A stretch of DNA of 44,834 bases from Chromera velia (Eukaryota), in contig JAHBMJ010000443.1 of NCBI GenBank assembly GCA_018398765.1, positions 186,001 through 230,834 on the forward strand. The letters are read 5' to 3'. The translations under genes were made by a program, and so were the position numbers. The notes beneath the pieces are model-generated. The model had not been told where the DNA came from. It was given only the letters and a program-made list of their open reading frames with translations, and did not search any database. Below are positions 24,437 to 37,700 of the stretch, in pieces (positions within the stretch are counted from its first letter, which is position 1; every line of letters starts with the position of its first letter).

Positions 24437-26776
24437 TCGCCGCCGCTCACCACCGCTCCCCCTTCCTCTTGAGCTCACACCCTGTCTACCCCTCTTCTTT
24501 CTGGATGCCCTCTCTTTCGCAGCTCCCTATGTATCCCGCTCTTTCAAGTTGACATTCTTGTTCACCGCCAACCCCCAACCCGGTCTTGCCCCTCCGCATA
24601 CAAACCTTGATACACTATATGTATTACCACAAGGAGCAGCAGTGCCATACATCAAACAGTGTCACACAGACATTCACATAGAGAGCCTGCCTGGCAGAAG
24701 AACAAAGACAAGCGCCAGCAACAGAGCCAGCACCCGCTTCAACGACAGAAAGGATCCGAAACTGCAAGAAAACCAAGAGGCACACAAATCAGCCACAAAA
24801 AGACGTCCGGGCCAAATTTGAATCCTTCTTTGAGAAACCTGGGTCGTTTACTGATGTGGACAGAAAATACAAAGGAGACGGGAGGGAGGAAATCAAGATA
24901 AGCCCCCTAGTATAATAGAGTGAGAGCAAAATCTGCTGGCGAGCAAGCAAGAGAAAACTTTAAGGCGTTCCATAAAGAGGGAAAGATATATTTCTACTGC
25001 ATAGTTGCCTGACAGGTCTGGGGCATTGCTTTCAACCCTTTTCCCAAACAATACCCAGAACCCATCAGAGAAGATTCCACAAGGACTCAATCCACCTCTC
25101 CGATAAAATACAACTGGAGTCCCAAATCCTGCATACATATATATGAGAAGGAGGGGAGAAAGTCCATGAGCATTCACCAAGGCACATCCTTTCCTGACGC
25201 CCAGCCTGACGCCGCATGACGCACTGCAACAACTTCACACAATCAGATTCTGCAGATGGGCAGAGACAGGACTGTATACTCAACGGAAGAGCTTAGAGAC
25301 ATAGGCAGCTCCACTTGCCCAACAAAGCACAAGAGGAGTTCCAAATCCTACGTATACACACGCCAGAAGTAGAGGACAAAGCGCATCAACATTCAGCAAG
25401 TGGCATCCTTTTTTGACATAATGTAACAACTTCACACAATTTGCATATCTGCAGATCGAGACGACCGGACTTACCGGAAGAGGGAGTTACCAAGGTAGTT
25501 CCCGCTCCCCGACAAAGCACAAAAGAAGTTTCAACACACACGATCGAAGTAAGTACGAATAAGGGGATAAAGCGCATAAGCATTGAGCAAGGCGGATCTG
25601 ATGCAATGACGACTTACACACATAGCCAATTAATGAAAAAAGCATGCAGGGCCCCCGGCATGAAAAGCCGGATAATCGGTTCTGATGCGAGCAGCCATAA
25701 TTAAGCGCACCACGCCGCGGCCGGCACGTGGCATGTACGCGGATCCTGCGCCGCGCGCACCATGCAGGCACATGAAATACAAAGGTCAGACTTCAGCATA
25801 AAGGTCGGTTTTCGAGCATAGGGACTTGTTTAGGACTTATATAACGTTGTGTTCAAACATTTTATAGACTAGCTCACAGTCTCAGTCACAGTCAGATGAT
25901 TTAAAAGAGCAAGTTGATAATAGAAGGCAGATATAATGTTTAGCTACTACATATGCTACTATGCTACTACTAGAATGGCCAAAATATAAATGAAAGTAAA
26001 TGAAAGAAACATTACAGCATGTGTGTCTGTATGCAAAAGACTTATATATTGACTCCGTAAATAAAAAATAAAAATGTAAGTAGATTTAAGCGGGAAGTAC
26101 TGTGATTTTTTTTTTAATAAGCAAAAATCAGTTGTTAAAGATTTATCAGTAATGTATTGCTACGGTTACAATTTCATTTTCTTTTTCACGTTTATTCATA
26201 TTAACACCATGTGTTAGCGAAGTCCTTGTACATCATTAATTTTCTTATTAGCAAACATATCTAATAGCAGAGCTCTTCGATCTTATTTCTTCTTCTCAAC
26301 CGTCTTGAAGCCTGTCTAGCCGTCTCCGGCCCTCTACGGCATTTACAGATACCGCGGCTACGCCTTTGCGTAGCCAACAACCGTGATTGAGGGTTTTGTC
26401 ATGCACCATATATTAATATATGGAAAGGGGAACCTGTTGCATGCGTGTACCATGATCATGGACGCACCTCTCAGTGCTCTCACCCTATCTCACCCCTGGG
26501 GGCCACGGCATGTCCCGTAGGGACATTACAATTGAGTATATAGTATACCCAGACTGTGACGCTGAACCCAGCCCCCTATCCAGCTTGAGCTGATCAAATC
26601 TTCTCTGTCATCGTCTGGCCACACGTCTTCTGAGCTGAGTTTTCGCTCCCTGTTTTTCGGACATCACAGTCTTTAGTGAAAAGCACCTTGTGAGGCTCTA
26701 CGTGAGAGCAGTGAGAGGCGCACAGTTGTGCTTGTCATATTTTCTTTTCTCTCTTACACGTGTCATCACTGGAAGA

Positions 26777-28341
26777 ATGCCACAAATGGACACCTCCTCA
26801 GAGACACGCCTTACAGGTCCGCCATCCTTGTATGCTCCTCCTCCTGAGCATGAAGTACGCAATGGGCTGTCACCTGTCTCCTCTCACGAGGGTCTGCCGT
26901 CTCCAACTGATGCTCTCCTTGTTTGCAGCAGAAGAGCGGTCCCGAGGCCGGCCTGCCGAGAGAAAGGATGGAGAGCTCTGTGTGCTCTTTGAGCACGCTT
27001 GCCCGACTGCACAGGTGCGCGTGTGTATGCGTGAATAGGACATGGGAAGGGATGTGCGGGGTTTCGTGTCCAAATTCAATCTTCTATGAAAGTCCCTCTG
27101 CCCGGCCTGCTTTCTTTAAGAGTGATCGAGTGACGGTTCTTCCTGGCTGTCCACTTTGACTTCTCTGATTTCCTGAAAGTGTTTTTGTGGCTGCCCTCTA
27201 CTGCAGGAAATTTCAGAATTCGGTTTAGACAGGAATGGCTTCGGAGTCTCGTAGGTTCTCCTGCAATTCATCAAAAAGGTGAGCCGTTCTGCTCTCTGTT
27301 CTCCCTGGGGAGCATCTTTTCTCTTCGTAAAAGGAGGGAAAAAGCTGATGGCAAGGCTGACAGATTTTATGTGGGACGTCATTCATTCTTGTTGCATTCT
27401 TCAATGGTGGATGTATGCAGGGACGGTGCAACTTCCCCTTGGAAAGTTTTGACCTGTTAGGTGAGTGGAGTGCAACCTGACAGTACCATCTCTCTATCAC
27501 TTCCCCTTTCTCTGGTTGCGCTCCCATTTCTCAGTCATTGGCAGGTCGATGGAGTGCGAGACCATTTTGGGGAATTGCGCATGGCTTTTTTTCTTTCTTA
27601 ATCCTGTTGTTGCGACTGTTCGTATCTATGCATCCTCTCTGCTTCTCTCCTGTTCTGCTTTATGGGGGGCAGTCGAGCGGAAGCACTTTTTTTGGTCACC
27701 GTTTTTCATCTTGTTGCTCTCTTCGTTCAGAAGATGTCGATGTGGGAGACCATTAGGAGGCGACAGCCTTCGTCTCTAAGGGTATTTTTTGGCTTCCGTG
27801 CTGATTTGCGTAGAAGCTCAAGCCAAGCTTTCCTGGAGTCTGTCCGTTTAACCTGGGACGCGTCTTCGTTTCTTTATTTTTTCTTTCTGTCCGTGTCCCT
27901 CACCATGTCTCTGCTTCTCTCTCTCGCCTCCAGCAAGAAGTATGCTCCCGTTTTGTCCTTTCCTTTATTGTCATGAGTGTGTGACCGTGCCTCCTGTCCC
28001 TTCCCACTCGTGACCCAACAAGTGCGTCCATCTCTGCAGGCTTCTCTCTCAGTGCCCGCCATCTGAACCTCCTCCTGTCGTCCCTCCCTGCGGGTCCTGG
28101 TGTTGTGGAGACGCTCAGATGCGGTCAGTCGATCCAGGATTGCGTTTTCTGTCTGTCGACCGAACAAACCAGGACAGAGAACGGCTGTCCAAAAACAAAG
28201 TGGACGTATGAAAAGGACAAGGAATGAGACTCAGCAAACACACACACACACACACACACATACACACACACACACACGCGCGCGCGCACACACACACACG
28301 CACACACACACAGACACTTTACACACATACACACATAAACG

Positions 28342-28388
<47 letters not shown>

Positions 28389-31300
28389 GCTCCCTTCGCC
28401 TGCAAGAAGTGTAAAATCAAAAGTGGATGTGCGATTCCGCTCTTATATGCACTGTTGATGTGTCCCTCCTTGCGGCTCTTCCTCCCTCCTTGCAGGGCCC
28501 CATGTCTGCAAAGAAGGCCATCTGTCGGTCCTCCTTTCATTCCTACGCCTCAAGCATGGGGGGGAGGGGCGCATGCCCTTCACATCTTTGAAAACTCTCT
28601 GCCTCGCAAGTCAGTTATCTCTCCATTTCATTTGGCTTTTGCGGCGTGTGGATGAGCGTGCCGTATGTGCAGGTGCCGTACCGAAATAGAAGGCCGAGCA
28701 TCTTGATTGTGTCTTGCCACCCTGCAATTCTATGTGACAGACAGAACGCCTGCTGAATCAAGATGTGAAAGTCGTGTGAAGTTAATTGCCGCCTTTCCTT
28801 TGTTGCTTACAGGGGTACCAGCTTCTGATCTCTTCGAAGCAACCTACTGGCTGTGCTCTTTCCGGGCTTCTCTAGGTTTCTACCGTCAAAACAACTAGAG
28901 ACAAGTCATGTAGGAGTTCTCTCTCGAGGAGTGTTAGCTCACGCGAGTATTTGCTTACTCGGGCCTATCGTGGAATCCATCTGCATGATTCTCCCACCTC
29001 TGCCTCCCTCCTTGCAGATTGCGATCTCAGTGAGGAAGCTGTCGCTATCTTTCACCAACTGCCTGCCTCTCTTGAGCATCTGAACCTCAGCGGTAAGTTT
29101 TGGTTCCATCTTCAGAGCCGCCATCAGCAGGGAGTCTGCATGTGAGGAAAGTTCAGCCGCCTCCTTGTTGGAGTCTTTGCCACCCGTGTAGACCGACCGG
29201 GACAGAATTTTCTGCCACATCTTCTTCCTTCTTCCCCACAGACCTTCATTCATTCATTTGTTCGTCCTTTCTTCCTCTTTTTCCTTCTTTCTCTTTTCTT
29301 GAAATTGACTTCATCCCCCCGTTTTGCTCTGTCGACAGTTCACTTTGTTTGTACAGTTTGTCGTGGCAGTGCCCTCTTCTCACTGCCATTTCATCCCATG
29401 CAAGACTGGACTCCGTTCTCATATCATCACCCCTCCCCCTCTCTTTCTCCGTCTTGGATGCGGCCGGAGAAGTATCAATGACCGCTCTAACTTTCTCCGA
29501 CTGCGTGCAGGCAACCGTCTCCGCAGTGCGTCGATGGAGGGCCTCTGCCTTGTGCTCTCCTTTGGCTGGCTTCCGGCCCTTCTCAGCCTGGACGTTAGTA
29601 ACAATCCGCTCGGCCCCTCAGGGGTGCGGGCGCTGGCAAAGGGGCTGTCTTCGTCTCCGCAGCCACTCCCCCTGCAGTCCCTCAAACTAGCTCGAACAAA
29701 GGCCAAGGCAGAGGGGATCGAAGCGTTGTGCAACGCACTGAAAGCAAAGAAGACAACAGCTCTGCAGACCCTTTGCCCTTGCAGAGAACGAAATGATGGC
29801 AGCAGGTGTGAAACACTTGGCATCTGCACTCAATGCAGAGGCTGTGCCTGACGTGCGCGTCCTCATACTGAAGAAAAATGAAGTGACCTATGTAAGTCAG
29901 TGGTCGGAACAGAGAGACTACGTCCCCTTGTCCGCCCTCCTCTCCACAAGTGCATTGGGAGAGCTGGAGAAGTTGAATATGAGCGACAACAAATTGTTTG
30001 ATGAAGAGATAGGGACCGGGGGAGCGGTTGCTCAGGTATCACTGGCAGTGTTCTTGTCCCAGGCCGCTTTCCAAAACTGCGTCGGCTTGATCTGGGGGGG
30101 TTCCTCTCACATATGTCCCCTTCGCAGTTGGCATTGTTTGCTGCTGCATTGGGGATGTCGGGGGCGCCGGCTCTTCACGAGCTCATCCTCCCAGAGGGGA
30201 AACCTGACGAGCCCCCAGAGGGCGCTGCTGCCCTTGCACGGGCATACAGCCTGGGATACCTGTCTCAGCTGACAGCCTTTATGACAGCCCCTCAGCTCAG
30301 CATAACATCTGAGACTTTCAGAATGCTAGGCCATAGCATGGCAGCAGGCAGGTCACCCCAACTGCAGAGTTTGGTTCTTGTAATGTATGATGAGAATCCA
30401 GAAGAGGGGGTTGGGGCCCTTGCAGACGCCATTTGCGGCGGGATGCTCTCGTTGCTTCAGAGCTTTCAGCTCGTTTTGTTCCGTACTAGAGGAGATGCGA
30501 TTTCGACGCTAGGAGTTGCGTTGGGCGGCGGGGTATGTCCGGCCCTCGAGAAGCTTGATCTCGCATGGCTTGAGGAAGGGGATGAGGGGGCCGCCGGATT
30601 GGCGGAAGGTCTAGGTAGGGGCGGTTTGAGGTCCCTTCGAGATTTGAATCTCGGTGTGAAGTGTGTGGGGGGAGGGGAGGGGCGGGGATACACAGCCCTT
30701 GGGGAGGCTCTGAGCACAGGTAAGGTGCATTCCCTTCGCAACTTGACGTTGTTTCTCTACTTGGATCCGGGCCTTGCCCCTCTTTGCGAGGGCTTGTCTC
30801 GAGGAAGGGTGGCTCCTCCAGTGCGCCTGCACCTTCATTTGTCCGGGAATAATAGGAACGGAGAGATTGGGGTGAGAAGACTTGCCGAAATCACTCGAGG
30901 GGGCAAATTGTCGGGGTTGCATAAACTAGTCTTCGGTTGCAGTGGGGGAGCGATCAGTAGGGAGGCATGGAGGGAGTTTGGGGAAGCCCTCACACACGCA
31001 GAGGCATCTCTGAACTCTCTTGAGAGGCTGCGAGTCATAAGAAGCCCCGACCTTGAATGGTTCACCCCCTTTCTTTCAGGCCTCGCAAGAGGTTCAGGAA
31101 GACTACCAGCCTTTTGCGACCTCTTTTGTGATAACAGAAGCCCGATTAGCCCACAGGCTGCTCATTCTGTCTCCGCCCTTGTGAGTCGGGGGAGCGTTCC
31201 TTTCCTCAGAGACCTGGAAGTGAACGTGTCAAATATTGGGCAGGAGGGAATGCAAGCCTTTGCATCTGCCCTCGGCTCTCCCCATGTCTCCGCACTGCGA

Positions 31301-31858
31301 CGGCTTGACATAGCGATCGGTGGCAGCGTCCACGCAAATTCAGCTGTGCACGTGCAGATGTTCTCAAATGCCCTCAGCTCTAGGCATCTTCGCAGACTGG
31401 AGACACTTTGCGTGCGGGGTGTTGGCTTTGTCCAAGAGATCCGTACGTTATGTGTGGGCCTGGGCAGCGGTCAGTTGGCTGCTCTTCGCGAGCTTCGAAT
31501 TTGTGACAGCCATTTGGGGGCTGAGGGGGGCAGTGTCCTCTCAAAGGTTTTGGTTGCAGAGAAGTTGCCGTGCTCAGAGAGTTTCGAGGCACACGAAGCA
31601 GAGCTCACAGATGGGGGGGTGAGCGCCCTCACAGAGACGTGGATGAGCCACCCCCCCCCTCCCATCCGCCATCTGAACCTGTGGGGTAACGAGCTGACGG
31701 CAGCCGCAGCAGAGGCTTTATTGGGGCTTCTGGGATTAAAGCGCTTGTCTTTGTTGGAATCTATGATTCTTCGTAGTCAGTTCGATTTTGATGAGAGGTC
31801 AAGACGGTTGCTCTCTGGATTGTTCCCGGAAATTGTAGAATTTCGTGAACACTACTAG
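26777..31858 (+). pseudogene. Multi-exon ribonuclease-inhibitor-like LRR gene, apparently disabled
   Basis: RI-like LRRs (LLSLDVSNNPLGPSGVRALA, LEKLDL, LRRLDI, IRHLNLWGNEL). Small 5' exons start at ATG 26777 (26777-26816, ~26929-27014, ~27208-27278...). In-frame TAG at 27252-27254. In the long last exon the LRR frame shifts at ~29775 and ~30050 without splice signals. Confidence 0.78.
28238..28390. repeat. Intronic (CA)n/(CG)n microsatellite
   Basis: Read directly. Confidence 0.9.
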
Positions 31859-32769
31859 CTTCTTTAAGCCTCAGGCATAGATATTTGCAACGTATTGTTT
31901 CAGACAGTTTGACAACGATCGACGAACACAAAATAACACAAAGAATCAAAAATAATTTCTGATTTAAATGTTTTCTTTTATCCCATTTTTTTGAGTTAAA
32001 TTTTATTTTTCAATTTCCGAACTAGTCTCCGAAGCGCTTCAAATTATAATATACTTCAATGACAATCGCGAATCAATTTACCATATATTTTTTGTTTACA
32101 ATTAAACCTCTGATTATATATATCCTATATGTATGCTTTTAGATTTTTTTTACTCAGCAGGCCGGAAACTTTGAGTCTTTGAAGTCTATAGTCTGAAATG
32201 AATGTAGGCTCCCTATACGAAAAAAATAAATAAATAAATTTAAGCTAAAACGTGAATTATTTTTTTATTTTTGTGCGTCAGCTGGGGTTTGAGCTTCAAA
32301 CCCAGCTTCAAACTTGAAGTGTCTGTTTCAAAAAAAAAAAAAAGTAATTTTGGGCAATTAACTTTTTTATTTCTTTTACACTGAAACTATAGTGTGACAC
32401 AATTCAAATTGTGACACAATACCTTATATACACTAGTACCAGTGATACGTACATATAATTGTGTCATAATAGGTATGATGAAATAGTTAGAGTAGCTTAG
32501 CTGTAATAAAGTTGTCAAAAAAAAATTGAAGTGATCCTAGACTTTCAAAGTGACTTGTAGTCTTCAGAGTCGTCACTCACTCACCTCACTCACTCACTCA
32601 CTCAATCATCTATCTCACTTACCCACTCACGGTATGATTCACCCTACTCAGAGCCTCACCTCACTCACTCATTCACTCACTCTCTCACTCATTCACTAAC
32701 TTGGTCATTCATTCATTCTAGTCATTCATTCATTCATTCATTCATTCATTCATTCATTTATTCATTCAT

Positions 32770-33210
32770 CGTATGCCGGGGGCGAGTGGGATGCTTTTTG
32801 CCCCCCCCTCTGCATAGGAGACCGGCGCTCTTCCGCAAAAAACTCGTTCTCATAATTGGTAAGCAGTTAGAAGCTGAAACTTTATATATGGAAGAAGATG
32901 TTGTAATGATAGAAAAAGAACTATGGAACACATTTTTTATATGATTTCTAGAAACATAGGCTGCCATATAAATTTTATGAGTTTTATATACTGTTTTTCT
33001 TACTATTGAAAACCGTCACAAATTTGTATGGCAGCCTATGTTTCTAGAAATGATATAAAAAATCTGTTCTATAGTTCTTTTACTCTCGTTACAACGTCTT
33101 TTTACACAAAGTTTCAGCTTCTAACTCTTTACCAATTATGAAAACGAGTTTTTTGCGGAAATGCGCCGCTTTGGGGGGGCAAAAAGCACCCTACTCGCCC
33201 CCGGCATGCG
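32770..33210. mobile_element. 441-bp foldback/MITE-like element inserted in a (TTCA)n microsatellite
   Basis: CGTATGCCGGGGGCGAGTGGGATGCTTTTTGCCCCCC... and ...GGGGGGCAAAAAGCACCCTACTCGCCCCCGGCATGCG. The inverted arms (~210 bp each) pair almost to the centre at ~32990-33005. Both flanks read AT within (TTCA)n. Confidence 0.85.
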
Positions 33211-34056
33211 ATTCATTCATTCATTAAAAAATTTCATTCATTCATTTATTCATTCATTCATTCATTCATTCAATTAATCAATCAATCAATCAATGAATCA
33301 ATCAGAATCGTCTCAAGGGAGATGTTGGGAGTCTATAATGAACTAGATAATAAAACGGGACATGGTTTGACAGTTTTGGCTTGGCTAGTACAGCTTACAC
33401 GAGTCCAGCCGTCTCCCTTGCAGGGTCATGCAGGACCCGCGCGGAGCCTATACACACAGCAAACACGCAATCTACAACTATTTTTTTCATATATATTAAG
33501 TATGATTTAAATAAATCAGTCAAAAGCTCTTAAAATTACAATTATTGTGTAACAAATCATTGTGACAAAAAAGATAGGCCCCTGATAGGGGGGTGATATC
33601 GGGGAGGGGGGGGTCCCGGTCCGCGCGGCTGGCTTGCTAGCCATATGGGACCTCTCCCCAGGCCGCGCGGAGCGCGGTCCGAGTTCGTAGTACGGAGGGG
33701 AGGCCGTGTCACGCAGTAGACCATTAAAGCTAGCCAGAAGGACTCTGGACAAACAATCACCCCCTGTGGAATGGCAATGACCCCTCCTTCTGGCCTCAAC
33801 TTCATTCAACTTCCGAGTCGTGTACCTCTGTAGACAGGTCTGGTTGCACTTGGCTTGATTCTCAGCTGCACTTGTCCTCTTGATGTCGCGAAGGCTGAGC
33901 TAGGAAAGCGTAACGAATACTAGAGAAAATCCTGCTGCCGCCATCCTTACCAGAACTATTCTCTTGAGTGATCCATCCTTACCAGATGGTCACCTCTTAA
34001 CTGTTTAGCTTAGTCTAATTTAATTCATACTGGCAATTCTCTTTCAATTAAACCAG

Positions 34057-34640
34057 CGTAATGTTCCAGAAGCATGCTGCTCCTGTTCTTTGCTTGTCGA
34101 TGCGCACTTCTTTTCTCTCTTTCCATTTGGTAAGGGGCGCATGCCGAGCGAATTGATTTTTAAAGCACGTAAGTCCCCATCCGGATCCTTAAATACTGCG
34201 CGCGCCATCATTGTTTCGGCTCGCTTCATGCATGATATTCATCTTTCTATGTGCTTCTCTCTCTTTAACTGATCCCGGCTCGCCTCTCCTGTCAGTGATT
34301 GCACGTTGAGTGACGCACGCTGAGTCCCGATTGTTTATGCAAGTGATTGCCATCTCTGGAACTCTTTCACTTCTCGTTTGGGGCTTTCCGGGGTTCTCGT
34401 ACGCAGGGACTCCGTCAGGCGTCTCCTCTTGCATGCATTTTAACTCATAAAATTTCTCATTGTTTCATCTCGATCGATTGCTAGAATTGAACGTTTTTTC
34501 CTCTGGGAGTGGCTCTCTGCTTGCCACTCTGTAACAACTTTCTCTGGAATAAGGACCTACGGATCGATTTCATCGTAAGTCTTTATTTCTGTCTTCGTGT
34601 ATAGCTAGATATTCGTTCTTATAGTCTAGCAAACATCTCG
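34057..34640 (+). repeat. 5' LTR (starts CG, ends CG)
   Basis: Ungapped alignment to 40793-41376 with ~22 substitutions. Confidence 0.95.
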
Positions 34641-34748
34641 TGGTGCCGGCTCCCGCTTTCTTCCTCTAATTCTTTGAGAAAGCGTCCTTTCTTTTCCCGG
34701 GTCGAACGGCTTTCTTCTTGTCCGTTTGCCTTCTCCTTAGCTTCTGCA

Positions 34749-37700
34749 ATGGAGCAAACTCTAGTGATTGAACGATCTCTGTCCAGTCCTCTCGCACCTG
34801 GCTCTGAGCTTGCTTCTGCTTTATCTCCTCCTGATGCAGCAGATCATGCTCTGCCAGCAGTTAGAGTCGAGGAGCACATCAAAGTGTCTCCACCTGATGT
34901 CTTTGGTGCCTCTGGTCAGGCTGGGCAGGGTGATCCACCTCCTCTTGTGCCTCCGGTGTCCGACCCTCCACACCCAGTGGCTAAGGCGTCCTCAGGTGAT
35001 GGTCCCCCTGCACCTCTTCCCGCTCTTCCGTACCTCCACTCGGCTCTGCCGACGGGGAACCAGACCGCCTACTACCCCATCGGAACTCCTGGTCCAGGTT
35101 TTCCTGGATTTGCTCCTCCACAGGTGACTTCTGTCCCTCCTGCCTTAGGCTTCTTCCCTTCTGCAGGCCCGTACGCGACTCCTGTGCCGCAGTCCGTACA
35201 CCATTATTGGCCTCTCTGGTAGAACGTTCCGTCTCCCTCTCCTCCTGTGCCGCCTGCGCAGCAGTAGCCACCCTGGCAGCCTTTCCCCGTTCCTTCCCCC
35301 GGTCACTCTGTTCAAGTTGTGACCCGCTGGAGTGAGTTGGCAAAAAAGGCAATTAACCAGTTAACGATTTTTTTGGGCACCCCTCAGGAGGACGTGGAAC
35401 TGTGGAAAGAGAGCTTCCACGAGGTGGTAGATGAAGTCCGCTCGTTGGATGGTCCCCATGCACTCGGTCCCCAAGACCTATCTGGCATCATCCGTCAGAA
35501 GGTCTCTTCAGGGGTGTCCGTTCTCGCACTGTGCAGGCTGACCAGATCTACGACCCTTCGTAGCTGCTTGACACCCTTGATAGCCTCTACCTCGGTCCGT
35601 ACGAGTCCCGTATCCGGAAACGCTGGCGTGCCGTCAAGGCACTTTGTCCTCTTGCCAGTGAGTCTGTCGATACCTACTTTGCCCGAGCAGGCAAAGTCTT
35701 TGGCCGTCTCCGTCGACTCGTTCCAGCGATGGTGTTTGGGTCTGAGCCCTTTGTCCCCTTCGAGTACAGCATCCTCCTGGAGTCACTTCCCGCTGAAGGA
35801 GGCGCTCATCGGTACGTCCTCGCACACCTGCAGGATTACACCCCCATGGGCCTTTGTGACTGCCTGCGCCGCTACGAACAACAGCTTGGAACAGCGACTC
35901 CCTCTGCCACGATCTGGTTTTCGAGTGCACCTCCCTCCAGATCATCTTCTACTCCCAAGCCTAACCACTCCAAGTGCATCTACTGCGGGGTCGCTCACCT
36001 ATGGAGAAAGCATGTGAAGTGCATCGCTTGCGGTGCCTCACCTCATGTTGATCGCTCTACTTGCCCAGCGATCGCTCACGTTTGCGGTTGTGGCAAGCAG
36101 GAGCACCTTGATGCCATGTGTCCCTCCAAGCTCCGTACCTCCAAAAAAGCCGCCAACGTTCACTGCGCGACCGTCTTTTTTGCCTCTGCTGCCGTCATCT
36201 CCCCCGATTTGGTACATGGCCCTCATTTTAGCAAGGACGATGGGGCAACTGTCGAGGCCGTCGGTGAGCTCTACCTCGAAAAGGTCTCCACCTCTATCAC
36301 TTACACCGTGAAGGTACTCGACACCCCAGTCCCTGTACGGACTGCTGGTTGCAACGACTCCTCTGAGGCTTCCGGAGCTGTCATCTACGCCACCCACTCT
36401 GTTACGCTCGATGACGTTATCTTCGGTGACCACCTTGAGTCCATTACCGTCCTCATCCTTCCACAGTCTTCGATCCCTTTCCTCTTCTCGAAAACCCTTG
36501 CCCAACGGCTCTCTGTGAAGATGAATTACCAAGATAATGTCATGGTGATCCCATCGCCCTCTGGGGCTGATGTCACCTTGACATGGATCGACCTCGGGGA
36601 GTATTACGGCCTCCCTCTCGTCCAAGATGACGATTCTCCACCTTTGTTAGTGGGCTCAGATAAGTCCGACGACGAGCGTCCCCCCCTGGAGGATGATCCC
36701 AATGAGTTGGAGGATGAGATTGATAACTCTGCCTCCTTCTATCCTCTTCCTTTTGCCATGTGCACGACCACCTCTCCCACCACCACCCCTGCTTTACACT
36801 CGCCTCCAGAGGGCATTGCGGGTGTCGGGATTCCTGTGTCTACGGGAGAGGCACCTGAGGGAGTACATGTTTGTGTGTCTGGGGGAGAAACACCTGAGGG
36901 CGTGTGCATGTCTGTGTCTCTGAAGGAGGCGTTTGTCCCCTCTGGAGAGGGAGTTGAGGGATTGAAGGAGCCAGCACATCCAGGTGGGCTCGCAGGCGGG
37001 GCGTCCACTACAGCGCAGGATTCTGTGAAAGCAACCACTGGCGGTGATGTCCCTTCTCTTTCTGTTTCTTTTTCTGACAACCACGATTCTCTCCCCTCTG
37101 AATCTCTCTCTGTCGATGAATCTGAACCTTCTCTCTCTGAGTTCGAGTTTTCTCAACTCACGTTTACGATTCAACTCAAACAGACATGCACAGTCAAGAT
37201 TTTTACTGCTTCTGATTTTTGGGATTTGGTTCGCGGGGTTCATTGCGAATGTGCGTATGCGGGCGTGAAAGAAGTGATGGCTCAACTCCTCTTTCATTTC
37301 TCTTTCGAACTCCCGCTCACTACCATTCGAGCGTGTGTTGCTCGTGTTCTCTTTTCTTGCCCTGAGTGTCTGCAGGTGAAGGGCCTGGTTGGTTTCTCCA
37401 TCCCCGGTGTCTTCTTCATCAAGGAGGCATACGTGGGGGCAAGGTTGCACCTCGACAGCCTGTATTTGGGGGCATCTGACTGCGGTCCGACTCATCAACT
37501 CACGGTGCTGGAGGATTTCCTCCCTTATGGCCTTGCCCCTCGCTTTACTGCTCACCCCAACAGCCACAAGACTGTCGTTTTCCTTGAAAACGTATGGTTC
37601 CCTCGTTTTGGGGTCCCAGAGGAGATCCGATGCGACCAGGGGTCTAAGTTTGCAAACGCCCCCCTCATTGAGCTCTCCAAGCGTCGGGGCTTCCGTCTCT

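Noticed and set aside
32281..32306. Small hairpins (GCTGGGGTTTGAGCTTCAAACCCAGC; others at ~15730, ~19480 and ~26355) as terminators or Helitron ends
   Set aside because: Eukaryotic context, and I could not link them to a CTRR end or a matching 5' end.
34044..34434. Duplicated small ORFs at 34044-34434 and 40733-41170
   Set aside because: Chance ORFs within the two LTR copies.
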